A program made the position numbers and the translations under genes. Positions 35,434 to 44,924 of a DNA stretch of 53,077 bases are shown here, in pieces. This DNA is from Poseidonia sp. Its GTDB lineage: Archaea > Thermoplasmatota > Poseidoniia > Poseidoniales > Poseidoniaceae. Where the stretch lies: the NCBI GenBank assembly GCA_030827745.1, contig JAURDW010000004.1, positions 1-53,077 on the forward strand. Reading direction: 5' to 3'. Under the pieces are notes generated by a model. The model saw only the letters and a list, made by a program, of their open reading frames with translations. It was not told where the DNA came from and ran no database searches. Position 1 is the first letter of the stretch. The number at the start of each line of letters is the position of its first letter.

Positions 35434-35507
35434 CCGTTCGGCCTTGATTCCCACCAAAGGAGGCTTCTTGAAGGGAAGCGGTTACGCACCATCATCGGAG
35501 GCTTCGC

Positions 35508-36122
35508 ATGTCATCCATCCAAGACCGACTTCAACAACTGTTGGACGGCGATCTTGACCCTTCCGAAATCGCTGACGACCCGACTTTGGTGAGTTTGGCC
35601 GACCGTCTTTATGGCATCAAAATCGCAGCGGTGCAACCTGTCAAGCCCCGAGACGCTCTTTCCTCGACCCCCGAGGGCGCTCCCGTCACGGAAGTCGCAC
35701 CGCCAACCAACATGCTCGTCGAGGTGATCGAACCGGTTGCCCAAGCTGCACCCGCCGTTCCACTTCCGAGCATGCCCGAACCATCGCTTGACCTTCCACC
35801 GTTGCCCACGAAGAAAGCGAACCCCTTGCGCTGGGTAGCCGCTGGGGGCTTGCTCGCAGTGGTTCTCAACGTGTTTGGGGCGTTCTCCTCGCTGTTTGAG
35901 GGGACCTGCCAGACCGGTGTCGGGGCGTGCCGCGGGCCGGAACAGACCCGAATCAACCTCATGGATGTCCTGAAAATTGGTGAGTCGGACGGCTGGTCGT
36001 ACTCGGTGCTTTCGGAGAGCATGAGCGGGTTGGGCGGCACCGCAGGCGGCATTGGCATTCCCGACTTGGTGGCTTTCGTTGGTCTCTTGTTCGGCTTCTT
36101 GTTGCTCAGCAAACGGAAGTGA
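35508..36122 (+). CDS. Membrane protein (Pro-rich linker, two TM segments, C-terminal IPDL-TM-KRK)
   Basis: SD GGAGG; CTTCTTGAAG box upstream; two hydrophobic segments. Confidence 0.78.
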   Translation: MSSIQDRLQQLLDGDLDPSEIADDPTLVSLADRLYGIKIAAVQPVKPRDALSSTPEGAPVTEVAPPTNMLVEVIEPVAQAAPAVPLPSMPEPSLDLPPLPTKKANPLRWVAAGGLLAVVLNVFGAFSSLFEGTCQTGVGACRGPEQTRINLMDVLKIGESDGWSYSVLSESMSGLGGTAGGIGIPDLVAFVGLLFGFLLLSKRK

Positions 36123-36128
36123 TGGCCT

Positions 36129-36407
36129 GTGGCACCCGATGGCGTTCTTTCCGAAGCCATCGCCTACATCGGCATGATGAGCATCTTGGTCGCTTTTTTG
36201 TTGGAGACCCGAAACGTGCTGCACAGCAAACAGCGGCTGTATTTGCTCATGATGGCGTTTGGTTCGGGGCTCTTGGGTGTTCGCGCCTACCTCATCGAGG
36301 AATGGGCGTTTTTGATTCTCGAAATCGTTTGGTGCCTCGCTGCTGTGGTCGCCTTGTCCGCTGTGGCGAACCCAGCGCTTCCCACCGAGGATGAAGCGTC
36401 ATCTTGA
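36129..36407 (+). CDS. Small 3-TM membrane protein (CBU_0592-like)
   Basis: IG...IL.AF.L, Y.L....GS.LL, AFLILEIVW pattern. Confidence 0.7.
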   Translation: MAPDGVLSEAIAYIGMMSILVAFLLETRNVLHSKQRLYLLMMAFGSGLLGVRAYLIEEWAFLILEIVWCLAAVVALSAVANPALPTEDEASS

Positions 36408-37956
36408 TGAAACGGAAGTCCGCCCCAAAGCCATGGGCCACGGGAAAGCGAAGCGAGGGATTCCATCAAAATCCGAGAACTTCAACGAGTGGTACCCCTT
36501 CATGGTCGAGGCGGCCGAACTCGTTGACAAACGCTATCCCATCAAGGGAATGGACGTCTGGCGACCCTACGGTTGGAAGACGATGAAACTCATCGATGCG
36601 CTCACTCACGCCGAAATGGAACGCACCCACCACGAAGAAGTGAACTTCCCCCTACTTATTCCTGAAACGCTTTTGGAAAAAGAAAATGCCCTCGTCGCAC
36701 GCCTCAAGCGAGCCCGTGAAGAAGGCGTCGACCCCGACGACCTTCGTGATGAAGACGAAGAGGGCGGTTTCAAGAAAGAAGTCTACTGGGTCAAGCACGC
36801 TGGCGAGAACGACCTCGACATTCCGATGTTCCTTCGCCCCACCTCCGAGACGGCAATGTACACCATGTTCCCGTTGTGGATTCGTTCGCACAAGGACCTC
36901 CCGCTGAAGATTTACCAAATGGTCAACACCTTCCGCTACGAAACCAAACAAACCCGCTCGTTCATCCGTGTGCGTGAAATTCACTTCTTTGAGGCGCACA
37001 CGGCCCATGCCGATGAGGCGGATGCCAGTCGTCAAATTGAGGAAGACTTGGAAATTGTCGACCGCATCATGCACGACCTTTGCCTCCCTATCATCAAGGC
37101 CAAGCGCCCGGTTTGGGACACCTTCCCCGGCGCCTGGTACACCATCGGTATTGATGCCGTTATGCCCAACGGTCGAACCCTTCAAGTGGCTTCCTGCCAC
37201 CACTATCGAGACCAGTGGGCCAAGGCCTTTGACGTCACTTATGAAGACCTCAACGCCCAACAAACCCACTGCCACCAGACCACGTACGGCATGTCGGAAC
37301 GCCTGCTTGGTGCGGTGGTTGGCATGCACGGCGATGAAAGCGGCCTCATCATGCCGCCCAAGATTGCACCGTTCCAGGTCGTCATTTGCCCGATGATTCG
37401 CAAAAACCTCGAAGTCGACACCGTCGCCGTGGCGCATGAGGTCAGTGAGCAACTCCGTGCACGAGGCTTGCGGGTCAAGGTGGACGACCGCGACCTCCAC
37501 CCGGGACAGAAGTACTACGATTGGGAAATCAAAGGGGTTCCGCTGCGCCTTGACATTGGTCCACGCGACATCGCTCAGGGCACGGCCTTCGCAGCTCGCC
37601 GTACCGGCGGTAAGGAGCCGCTTGCCTTGGACAACATCGTCGAGGAATGCTACCGTGTGCTGGATGAGATCGGTGAGGAATTGCGCCGCCGCTCCAAGGC
37701 GCACATGGGCGACGTGATCCAACCCTTGCCGCCCATGGTTCACGAGAACGGGGTATGGCGCTTGGACGGTGAGGTCAAGGACGGTCACATTTACGAACTG
37801 GCGTTCAACGGTTCCGACGCTCATGCCGAGGCTATAGAGCGGGCCACAGGAATGTCGTTCTTGGGTGACGCCACCGATCCGTACGAGAGCGAGCGGCCCT
37901 GTCACATGACCGGTGAGCCTACCAACCGCAGGGTCTTGCTCGCCAAATCTTACTGA
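36391..37956 (+). CDS. proS: Proline--tRNA ligase, archaeal/eukaryotic type
   Basis: RYPIKG, FPLLIP, LRPTSET, FRYETK, REI.FFEAHT, QTTYGMSER, WEIKGVPLR; C-terminus AKSY. Confidence 0.96.
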   Translation: MKRHLDETEVRPKAMGHGKAKRGIPSKSENFNEWYPFMVEAAELVDKRYPIKGMDVWRPYGWKTMKLIDALTHAEMERTHHEEVNFPLLIPETLLEKENALVARLKRAREEGVDPDDLRDEDEEGGFKKEVYWVKHAGENDLDIPMFLRPTSETAMYTMFPLWIRSHKDLPLKIYQMVNTFRYETKQTRSFIRVREIHFFEAHTAHADEADASRQIEEDLEIVDRIMHDLCLPIIKAKRPVWDTFPGAWYTIGIDAVMPNGRTLQVASCHHYRDQWAKAFDVTYEDLNAQQTHCHQTTYGMSERLLGAVVGMHGDESGLIMPPKIAPFQVVICPMIRKNLEVDTVAVAHEVSEQLRARGLRVKVDDRDLHPGQKYYDWEIKGVPLRLDIGPRDIAQGTAFAARRTGGKEPLALDNIVEECYRVLDEIGEELRRRSKAHMGDVIQPLPPMVHENGVWRLDGEVKDGHIYELAFNGSDAHAEAIERATGMSFLGDATDPYESERPCHMTGEPTNRRVLLAKSY

Positions 37957-38228
37957 GCGTTTTCAGCAACCAAAACTGCACCGCAATTCATGCAATGCTT
38001 TCCTTGTGAGGGAGTCAATTCGCCGCATTGGCCGCATAGCACGTAGGCGTGCAATTCGAGCACCGCCTTTTGTTTGACCATCACCCAGGCGACCCACGCA
38101 TAGGCCACGGTCAGGAGGAGGAACAGTCCAACGACGGCACCTGTTCCGAGGTCAAGAAATTGGACGCCGAGCGCGAAGGCGAGGAACACGCAGGCCGTGA
38201 AGACGTAAACGGGCCATTCGAGTCGCAT
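37950..38228 (-). CDS. 2-TM protein with C-terminal zinc ribbon
   Basis: SD GGAGGT; CGQC...CMNC. Confidence 0.75.
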   Translation of the reverse strand: MRLEWPVYVFTACVFLAFALGVQFLDLGTGAVVGLFLLLTVAYAWVAWVMVKQKAVLELHAYVLCGQCGELTPSQGKHCMNCGAVLVAENAQ

Positions 38229-38243
38229 GTATGCAGACCTCCC

Positions 38244-39614
38244 TCACATGCCGAAGGAGGACGGGTCCATGTCCATCTCGCCGTCCTTCATCATCTTCCG
38301 CATCTGCTTGTTCAGTTTGCGATTGCCGCCCATGCCCTTCATCATCTTGCGTGAGCGGTTCCACTGACCGATGAGTTCGCGCACGTCCTTTTCACGTACG
38401 CCTGAACCTCTGGCGATTCGTTTGATGCGGTCGGCTTTGATCTTGGCAGGCTCGTTTTTCTCCCACGCCGTCATGGAGTCCATGATGGTCCTGTAACGGT
38501 CAAGGTTTGCCTGCATGGCCTCTTTTTGCCCTTTCGACATGGCACCCATGCCACCGAGCATGCTGCCGGGTAAGAACGACATCAGCTTGTCGATGGTGCC
38601 AACCTTGGACATCATTTCCATTTGTTTGTACATGTCGTTGAGCGTAAAGCGCCCGCTCATCAGGCGTTGCGTGAGGCGCATGGCTTCTTCTTCGTCCATG
38701 TCTTCGGGTGCCAGGTCGATGAGTCCCTGAATGTCCCCCATACCGAGGAGTCGAGAGATAAATCGGTCCGATTCGAACTTCTCGAGGTCCTGAATGCGTT
38801 CCCCGACACCGATGTGGACGATGGGTGCACCGGTGGTGGCGACGGCCGAAAGCGCTCCGCCGCCTCGTGCTGTTCCGTCAAGTTTGGTGATGACGATGCC
38901 CGTGACGCCGGCCAAGGAGTGGAACGAGGCCGCAACAGGGCCGGCGGCTTGGCCAACTTGGGCGTCAATGACCAACCAGCGGTCGGTGGCACGCGTGAGT
39001 CCAGCGATGTTCTCCAACTCTTCAACGAGTTCTTCATCGAGTTGATGTCGCCCGGCGGTGTCTACGATCACGAGGTCTGCGGATGCGCAGGCAGCCAAGC
39101 CGTTTCGAACGATGGTGACGGCGTCTTTGGTTTCGGGTTCGCCGTAAACCTGGACCGTTGTTTCTTCAAGGAGTTGTGAAAGTTGTGCGTACGCTCCTGG
39201 TCGGTGGACGTCGGCTTCAATAACAGCAACTCGGAGGCCGTGTTTCCGGCGATACCATTCGGCGAGTTTCGCCGTTGTGGTTGTTTTTCCTTGCCCGTAC
39301 AAGCCAACCAAAAGCAGGGTGGCGCCACGCGGTTGGAAATCCGTTGGCGGCCCCAAAATTCGGACAAGCTCCGTGTACAGGATGTTCATGGCGTGGGTTT
39401 GCAGGTTGATGCCTGGGCGAGGTTCCTCCTCTCGCATTCTGGATTCAAGCCGGTCCACGATGTCCTTGGTTTGCCGGATGTTGAAGTCCGCTTCTTGAAG
39501 GGCACGACGAAGGCTACGGGTCATTTCACGAAGTTCTTCTTCGTCCAATTTGCGTTTGTTCTTGAGCAGGCCAAGCGAGCGAAAGATTCCTCGCGATAAC
39601 CCTTCAAGAGCCAT
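38244..39614 (-). CDS. srp54: Signal recognition particle protein SRP54
   Basis: [42 protein letters not shown]; Met-rich M domain with RIARGSG. Confidence 0.96.
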   Translation of the reverse strand: MALEGLSRGIFRSLGLLKNKRKLDEEELREMTRSLRRALQEADFNIRQTKDIVDRLESRMREEEPRPGINLQTHAMNILYTELVRILGPPTDFQPRGATLLLVGLYGQGKTTTTAKLAEWYRRKHGLRVAVIEADVHRPGAYAQLSQLLEETTVQVYGEPETKDAVTIVRNGLAACASADLVIVDTAGRHQLDEELVEELENIAGLTRATDRWLVIDAQVGQAAGPVAASFHSLAGVTGIVITKLDGTARGGGALSAVATTGAPIVHIGVGERIQDLEKFESDRFISRLLGMGDIQGLIDLAPEDMDEEEAMRLTQRLMSGRFTLNDMYKQMEMMSKVGTIDKLMSFLPGSMLGGMGAMSKGQKEAMQANLDRYRTIMDSMTAWEKNEPAKIKADRIKRIARGSGVREKDVRELIGQWNRSRKMMKGMGGNRKLNKQMRKMMKDGEMDMDPSSFGM

Positions 39615-39652
39615 GAGGGGGCGTCAAGGTTGACCCATTTCAAACCATGCCT

Positions 39653-40912
39653 TCACGGGTATGCTTCCTTCGGAACCAGCAACGAAAGGACGTCGCCTTC
39701 CAACGAAGCCTGAACCTGACTGGCTTTGACATGGGAGGTGGTTGGAATGCCTTGTTCCCTTCCATTGACGCCGACGTACAAGGTGCCTTCTTCGCTTCGC
39801 AAGGAGAGGTCGCTGCGGTCGAGTCCGGGGAAATGAAGGTGGATTCGCTCCCCTTCTTCGCTCATTTCACACACCATGCCTCGATGGATGCGGTGGTGGA
39901 GGACTTCCCCCACGGCATGGGGGCCGATGGTGTCTGGCAAGGGATTCACTTCACCGTAGAGAATGGCACCAATGTTGCGAAGGGCATCAACTCCAACAAT
40001 TTCCTGGTCCGCCAAGTCAAGGCGACCCACATGAACTCCTCCAAGCGCCGTCTCCAATTCTTCAATGCGTTCCAACTCCTGGTCGCGTCGTTGCCGTAGA
40101 AACGGATGGTCAAACTCTGGGGTTACGCGGTTGACAAGGCAACCTCCAATCGGGAGGTTGTATTCCTTGAGTGAGGTGTGGGCTCGCAGGGTTTCGTTCA
40201 CGCCCATGCGTTCGGGGATGGTGACGAGGGTGAACGCTGAAGTTTCAGGGTCGCTGAGCACCCGCCTCACATGAAGAACACGGCGCCGGAAGCGTTCAAG
40301 TTCCTCTTTCATGGCGTCGCTTTCTTTTCGTCCAAAGAGCATGGAGCGGAGTCCACCCGATACACGCATCATACGAAGCAACCTTCCCGACCATGCCTCA
40401 ATGAGTTCGGGGAGTGAAAGAAAGCGAAGCGTGTGGCCGGTGGGGGCCGTATCAAACACCACCACGTCCCACGTTGGGTTTTCCATGTGTTTCAGCAATT
40501 CATCAAAGGCCAACGCTTCATCCAAACCGGGAAGGACCATATCCGCCGTCTTGATGTCTGAGCGCAAATCGTCCATCTCCTCCTTTGCCGATGGGTCCAA
40601 CATCATGCCGAGGCCACTCAAGCCCCCCAAGCCCCCCGAACCCATGCTGTTCATGGCTTCACCGACCTTTGGAAGAAGATTGGACAATTTTGCTTCGGGG
40701 TCCATCTCGAGACCAAAGAGGCCCGGGACACCCTCCACCTCGGTGGGCTCTGGTCCGAGGAGAACATTCAGGGAATCGGAGGTTGAATGAGCAGGGTCGC
40801 TTGAGACAAGAAGAACGCGGAGGCCAGAATCGGCCAACCAAACGGCCGTTGCACACGATGTTGTGGTTTTACCAACGCCACCCTTCCCTCCGAACAGCAA
40901 GAGCCGTGCCAT
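39653..40912 (-). CDS. ArsA/Get3-family ATPase with C-terminal HSP20/alpha-crystallin-like domain
   Basis: GKGGVGKTT, SSDPAHS, PGLDE, DTAPTGHTLRFL, VNRV; C-terminal LHFPGLDRSDLSL...LYVGV...ASLEGDVLSL. Confidence 0.9.
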   Translation of the reverse strand: MARLLLFGGKGGVGKTTTSCATAVWLADSGLRVLLVSSDPAHSTSDSLNVLLGPEPTEVEGVPGLFGLEMDPEAKLSNLLPKVGEAMNSMGSGGLGGLSGLGMMLDPSAKEEMDDLRSDIKTADMVLPGLDEALAFDELLKHMENPTWDVVVFDTAPTGHTLRFLSLPELIEAWSGRLLRMMRVSGGLRSMLFGRKESDAMKEELERFRRRVLHVRRVLSDPETSAFTLVTIPERMGVNETLRAHTSLKEYNLPIGGCLVNRVTPEFDHPFLRQRRDQELERIEELETALGGVHVGRLDLADQEIVGVDALRNIGAILYGEVNPLPDTIGPHAVGEVLHHRIHRGMVCEMSEEGERIHLHFPGLDRSDLSLRSEEGTLYVGVNGREQGIPTTSHVKASQVQASLEGDVLSLLVPKEAYP

Positions 40913-41001
40913 GAACCGCCCAACCCGCCGAGGCGTTTGAATGACACCCTCGGAGGTTTTCCGGCCAAGAGTTTCTTGAAGGGAGGCGCGCAGGCACGTT
41001 C

Positions 41002-41793
41002 ATGGTTTCAGAACTCGTGCTGTTTCAGCTCTCGAGTTTCTGTGCCCTCATCGGCATGACGCTGGGTTGGCGTGGTGTGATGACGAAATTTGCGGGATTC
41101 TACGACCTTCCGACGGCTTGGAACCAAGTCTTTTGGGGCATCGTCCTTGGCGGGGTCTATGCAGTCATGGCGGACGGCTTGTTGTTCCGCCCGTACTACA
41201 CGACCGTCATCAGCAGCGACAGCGTGTACACCGGTTTGAACATCATTTCATTGATGATCGTGGCGTTGTTCGCTTCTGTCTTCGCCCACCTTCTCCTTCG
41301 GCGCGCTCGTGTTCGTCGTGGCGGTTCGCAACCGACGAGCGGTTGGGCGCTTGGCTTGGCCGTGGGCGGCATGGTGGCGATGGTTCTCATGTTCAGAATG
41401 TTTGAGTTCGAAGACATTTTTTCCGTCGCCGGGCTTGCGAACATCGCCCTCGTATCGGTGGTTACCCCAAGAGCCGAAGCCCTCATCACGGCTCGCCACG
41501 GTTACATGATGCTGCAAGGCCGTCGTTGGGGCGCTGTCCTTCGGTCGGCCTTTTGGCGAGCATCGCTGCTCGTCGCCCTTTATTTCGTGGTGTTCCAACC
41601 TCTTGGCTGGGTCTTCATTCTCCCGTTTTTGTTTTTGTCGTCGCCCTCGGCTGAAACATGGATTTGGGAATCTGTGCCGAAGGAAGGGCGTCGTCGTCTT
41701 CGCCGTTTGTGGGCAGAACAAGCACGTTCGAAGCAGGCTGCAAACAGCCCATCGGTCAGCATGCCAGCACATCTGCCCGGAGAAGAAGAGTAA
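41002..41793 (+). CDS. Multi-pass membrane protein, hypothetical
   Basis: About 6-7 hydrophobic segments; TTCTTGAAG 20 nt upstream. Confidence 0.78.
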   Translation: MVSELVLFQLSSFCALIGMTLGWRGVMTKFAGFYDLPTAWNQVFWGIVLGGVYAVMADGLLFRPYYTTVISSDSVYTGLNIISLMIVALFASVFAHLLLRRARVRRGGSQPTSGWALGLAVGGMVAMVLMFRMFEFEDIFSVAGLANIALVSVVTPRAEALITARHGYMMLQGRRWGAVLRSAFWRASLLVALYFVVFQPLGWVFILPFLFLSSPSAETWIWESVPKEGRRRLRRLWAEQARSKQAANSPSVSMPAHLPGEEE

Positions 41794-41912
41794 GTTTTCT
41801 CTTGCTTGACGCCTTGGTCTCGATTTGAGAGGTTAATTCGAGCAAAAACAGGACGAATCCTTGCCGGGTTTACTTGAGGAATCGTTATACGACGCCAGCC
41901 GAGCCAAAGACC

Positions 41913-43502
41913 ATGGGTGCTTGCCCGTATTGCCGCAGCACGGCGTTGCCGAGCGATACGATTTGTTATTCCTGCGGGCGCGTTTTGCCGCAAGGCGACC
42001 GCTCCAGTTACCGCATGGAGCAGCAGTTCAGCATGAAGGGGGATCGTTCAACCGCTTACAAGATGGCTCAAAAGCCATCCGAGCGAGGCGTTGTTCAAAC
42101 CCACACCGGCCGTCAACGCAACATTATGAAACGGAGGAAAAACCGATTTCGAAGTGTGGTCATGTTGGGATTGGTGGCCTTTGTGATGCTCTCGCCCCAA
42201 GCTCAGGAGGCCATCTTCGGAGAGTTTGGAGGGGTTGAAGAATTCCTGCAATCCCAACTTGCTCCCTACCATGTCTACCCGAACGAAGCCACGTACACGC
42301 TCGCCAAAAATGCGGATGTTTCCATGTCGGGCGTTGGCGGTACGGGCGTCGTCACGGAGTCCATTCTCATTCCACCCGTGATGCGATCGTCGTTGACTTC
42401 ATCGTCCCAGTTCACCCTCAATGATGGCGGTGACTCAACGCCAGCAGCCGTGCTTCAAGAAACGCTTGAGCTCGGGCTTGTTGTTGATGGGCAAGCCATC
42501 AACGTGCCCATCGATGGGTTGCCAAACAAGGCGTACAGCGACCGCATCATGACAAACAGCGGACACGAAGTGTGGTGGCCGGCTGTGGGGACAGGACAAG
42601 AGGATTGTTCGGTTGCAAAATGCATCAAGGTTCGTGTGAACATGAATTCTGGGGATTCCGTTCGTTATTCGTTTCAAATTAAGGTGAAATCCACCTCCTA
42701 TTCTTGGTGGGACGACGGACGTGTTGATGCTCGTGTTGCGGGTAAATCATCCGGCATCAACGTGGAGAATTCCGGAACCTTTGCTGACCTTGCACAACGC
42801 GGAAACGGCGTCCGCCAAAGCGAATTTGGGGGGACCCAATGGTACTACCGCGACTCGGTTGGCAACCACGCCATCGATGCCCAAGATGCCTTGGTGATGA
42901 GCACGGCCGACACCATCGCTTCAAGCCTTCCCGAAGGGTCTTCAAGCAATGCCTATGCCTTTGCCAGGGCGACTTTTGACTACCTTCACGCCTACGTCTC
43001 CTATGACCGAGAGGCCCCAACGACAGCCCGCTCAGGCCCCCAATGCCTCGCCGCTCAAACAGGAGATTGCGACGAGCAAACGAACGCGTTCTTCAGCATC
43101 ATGCGGACGAGAGGCGTACCCGGTTGGTATGCTTTTGGCGTCCTTGGAGACCCGTTTTACTCCAACGAAGGCTGGGAGGCTCACGCTTGGGGCTACATCC
43201 AACTCCCCATGAACGACGCTTGGTGCAACGAGCGAAACATTGCGCTTCAGAGTTGTTTCGTTGAAGGCCAAGTCGATGTGGTGAACAACAAATGGTTGTT
43301 GTCAACTCCAACAGCTTACATCGATTGGGTGGAGGAGGCTGACCCCTCCGGTACCCTCGCCTACGAATACTATCACCCCGTCCGGAGCATCACCTACGAT
43401 TCTGGCAGTATCGAGCGTCAACGCAGTTTCGAAACCTTGGGCGACGTCGTCTTTTCCGGTGGCACGTACAAGGTCAAAATGTATCCTGAATCGTTCAGTT
43501 GA
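41913..43502 (+). CDS. Membrane-anchored transglutaminase-like (Cys-His-Asp) protein with N-terminal zinc ribbon
   Basis: CPYC...CYSC; single TM; GDCDEQ, HAW, QVD triad. Confidence 0.85.
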   Translation: MGACPYCRSTALPSDTICYSCGRVLPQGDRSSYRMEQQFSMKGDRSTAYKMAQKPSERGVVQTHTGRQRNIMKRRKNRFRSVVMLGLVAFVMLSPQAQEAIFGEFGGVEEFLQSQLAPYHVYPNEATYTLAKNADVSMSGVGGTGVVTESILIPPVMRSSLTSSSQFTLNDGGDSTPAAVLQETLELGLVVDGQAINVPIDGLPNKAYSDRIMTNSGHEVWWPAVGTGQEDCSVAKCIKVRVNMNSGDSVRYSFQIKVKSTSYSWWDDGRVDARVAGKSSGINVENSGTFADLAQRGNGVRQSEFGGTQWYYRDSVGNHAIDAQDALVMSTADTIASSLPEGSSSNAYAFARATFDYLHAYVSYDREAPTTARSGPQCLAAQTGDCDEQTNAFFSIMRTRGVPGWYAFGVLGDPFYSNEGWEAHAWGYIQLPMNDAWCNERNIALQSCFVEGQVDVVNNKWLLSTPTAYIDWVEEADPSGTLAYEYYHPVRSITYDSGSIERQRSFETLGDVVFSGGTYKVKMYPESFS

Positions 43503-43511
43503 GGTGAAACC

Positions 43512-44924
43512 ATGCGCATCATTATTGGAGGAGCAGGTCGCGTTGGAATCGCTCTTGCGAAGTCCCTTGTCAACGAACGCTACGACATTGTGGTCATCGA
43601 CAACGACTCGCGTGCCGTTGCGAATGCGCAAGCACTCGACTGTCTGGTCATTCACGGCAGCATCACCTCTCGCCAAAAGTTGCTCGAGGCAGGTGTTGGG
43701 AACGCAGAGGTCTTCGTTGCGGCCACGCCGTCTGACGAAGCCAACCTGATCGCTTGTGCCATTGCAGAACATGCGCATTCGCAAGAAGGCCGAAAGACCA
43801 ACCTCACCTCGATTTGCCGCCTTCGGGACACCAACTACATCAACGAGTACAAAGAAGGTCACCTGACCACTTGGGCCAACATCGACCACGTCGTCAATCC
43901 CTTGCGCGGCGCCATCGGACGCTTGAACGCCGGCCTTCGCTCCACCGACCTTGAAGAAGTGGTGAATTTTGACGACGATGCTTACGTGCTGGAGTTTGAT
44001 GTTGGCGAAACGGCCCGAAACTTGGTGGGCCGGCCCCTTGGTGAAGTTAGAGAGGATTTCGTCCATGGGCTGCCAAACATCGTCGGTGTCAAACGAACAG
44101 GTCAGAAAAGTTTCATTCCCAACGACGAAAGCGTGCTTGAAATCGGGGACCGAATCGCTGTTGCGGTGGTAGGCCTCGACAATTTTAATCCGGCCCTCAT
44201 CACCTTTGGGCACGAAGTCACCTTTTTCCCCGATCATCCCAAGGTGGTCATTGTTGGTGCTTCCTCAAACGGAACCAAGTTGGCGGAGGATTGGTTGGAT
44301 CACGATGCGAAGGTGACCGTGCTTGAGCGAGACTTGAACCGAGCAAACGAACTCTCGGGGTCCGAAATTGGTGGCCACCCCAACCTCGATGTGATTCACG
44401 GGGACCACTTGGACCGAGAAATCTTGGGAGAGATTTCGATTGAAACCTTTGATGTTGCCTTGAGTGCCCTCGATGATGACCATGCCAACATTGCGGCGGT
44501 GCTTTTGCTCTCCGACCTCGGCGTGCCGCACACGGGGTTGATGTTGAACGATGCCGACTTGGTGAAGGTCACCCAAAGAATGGGAATTTCATTTGCTGTT
44601 GACCGTCATCGTGTTGCTGTGAGCAATATTTTGACGCACATCTATCGAAGCACAACCGGTCATTTTTCCTTGCTTGCTGAGATTCCAAATGTGGTCGGCA
44701 TCACGCTTGAGGTCACCGAAAAAGCAAAATTTGCTGGAAAGAAAGTCGGTGAAGCAAACTTCCCCGATTGGCTTCGCCCTGCTTTCATCAAACGCCAGAA
44801 CCTTTCCGGTTCGTGGAGTTCCTTGGAGCCTCTGGCGGACGAACTCCTGCTGGAAAACGACCGGGTCGTCGTCTTTTGCCTCAAAGACAGGGTTTCTGAA
44901 GCGCAAAAGAGGTTCAAGGTGTGA
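43512..44924 (+). CDS. trkA: Trk potassium uptake NAD-binding subunit
   Basis: GAGRVG; two RCK N/C repeats; SDEANL, DDHANI. Confidence 0.92.
   Translation: MRIIIGGAGRVGIALAKSLVNERYDIVVIDNDSRAVANAQALDCLVIHGSITSRQKLLEAGVGNAEVFVAATPSDEANLIACAIAEHAHSQEGRKTNLTSICRLRDTNYINEYKEGHLTTWANIDHVVNPLRGAIGRLNAGLRSTDLEEVVNFDDDAYVLEFDVGETARNLVGRPLGEVREDFVHGLPNIVGVKRTGQKSFIPNDESVLEIGDRIAVAVVGLDNFNPALITFGHEVTFFPDHPKVVIVGASSNGTKLAEDWLDHDAKVTVLERDLNRANELSGSEIGGHPNLDVIHGDHLDREILGEISIETFDVALSALDDDHANIAAVLLLSDLGVPHTGLMLNDADLVKVTQRMGISFAVDRHRVAVSNILTHIYRSTTGHFSLLAEIPNVVGITLEVTEKAKFAGKKVGEANFPDWLRPAFIKRQNLSGSWSSLEPLADELLLENDRVVVFCLKDRVSEAQKRFKV

Noticed and set aside
39653-40912. Arsenite-resistance ArsA
   Set aside because: Single ATPase domain, no arsB/acr3/arsD/arsR neighbours, no evident metalloid-binding Cys cluster.
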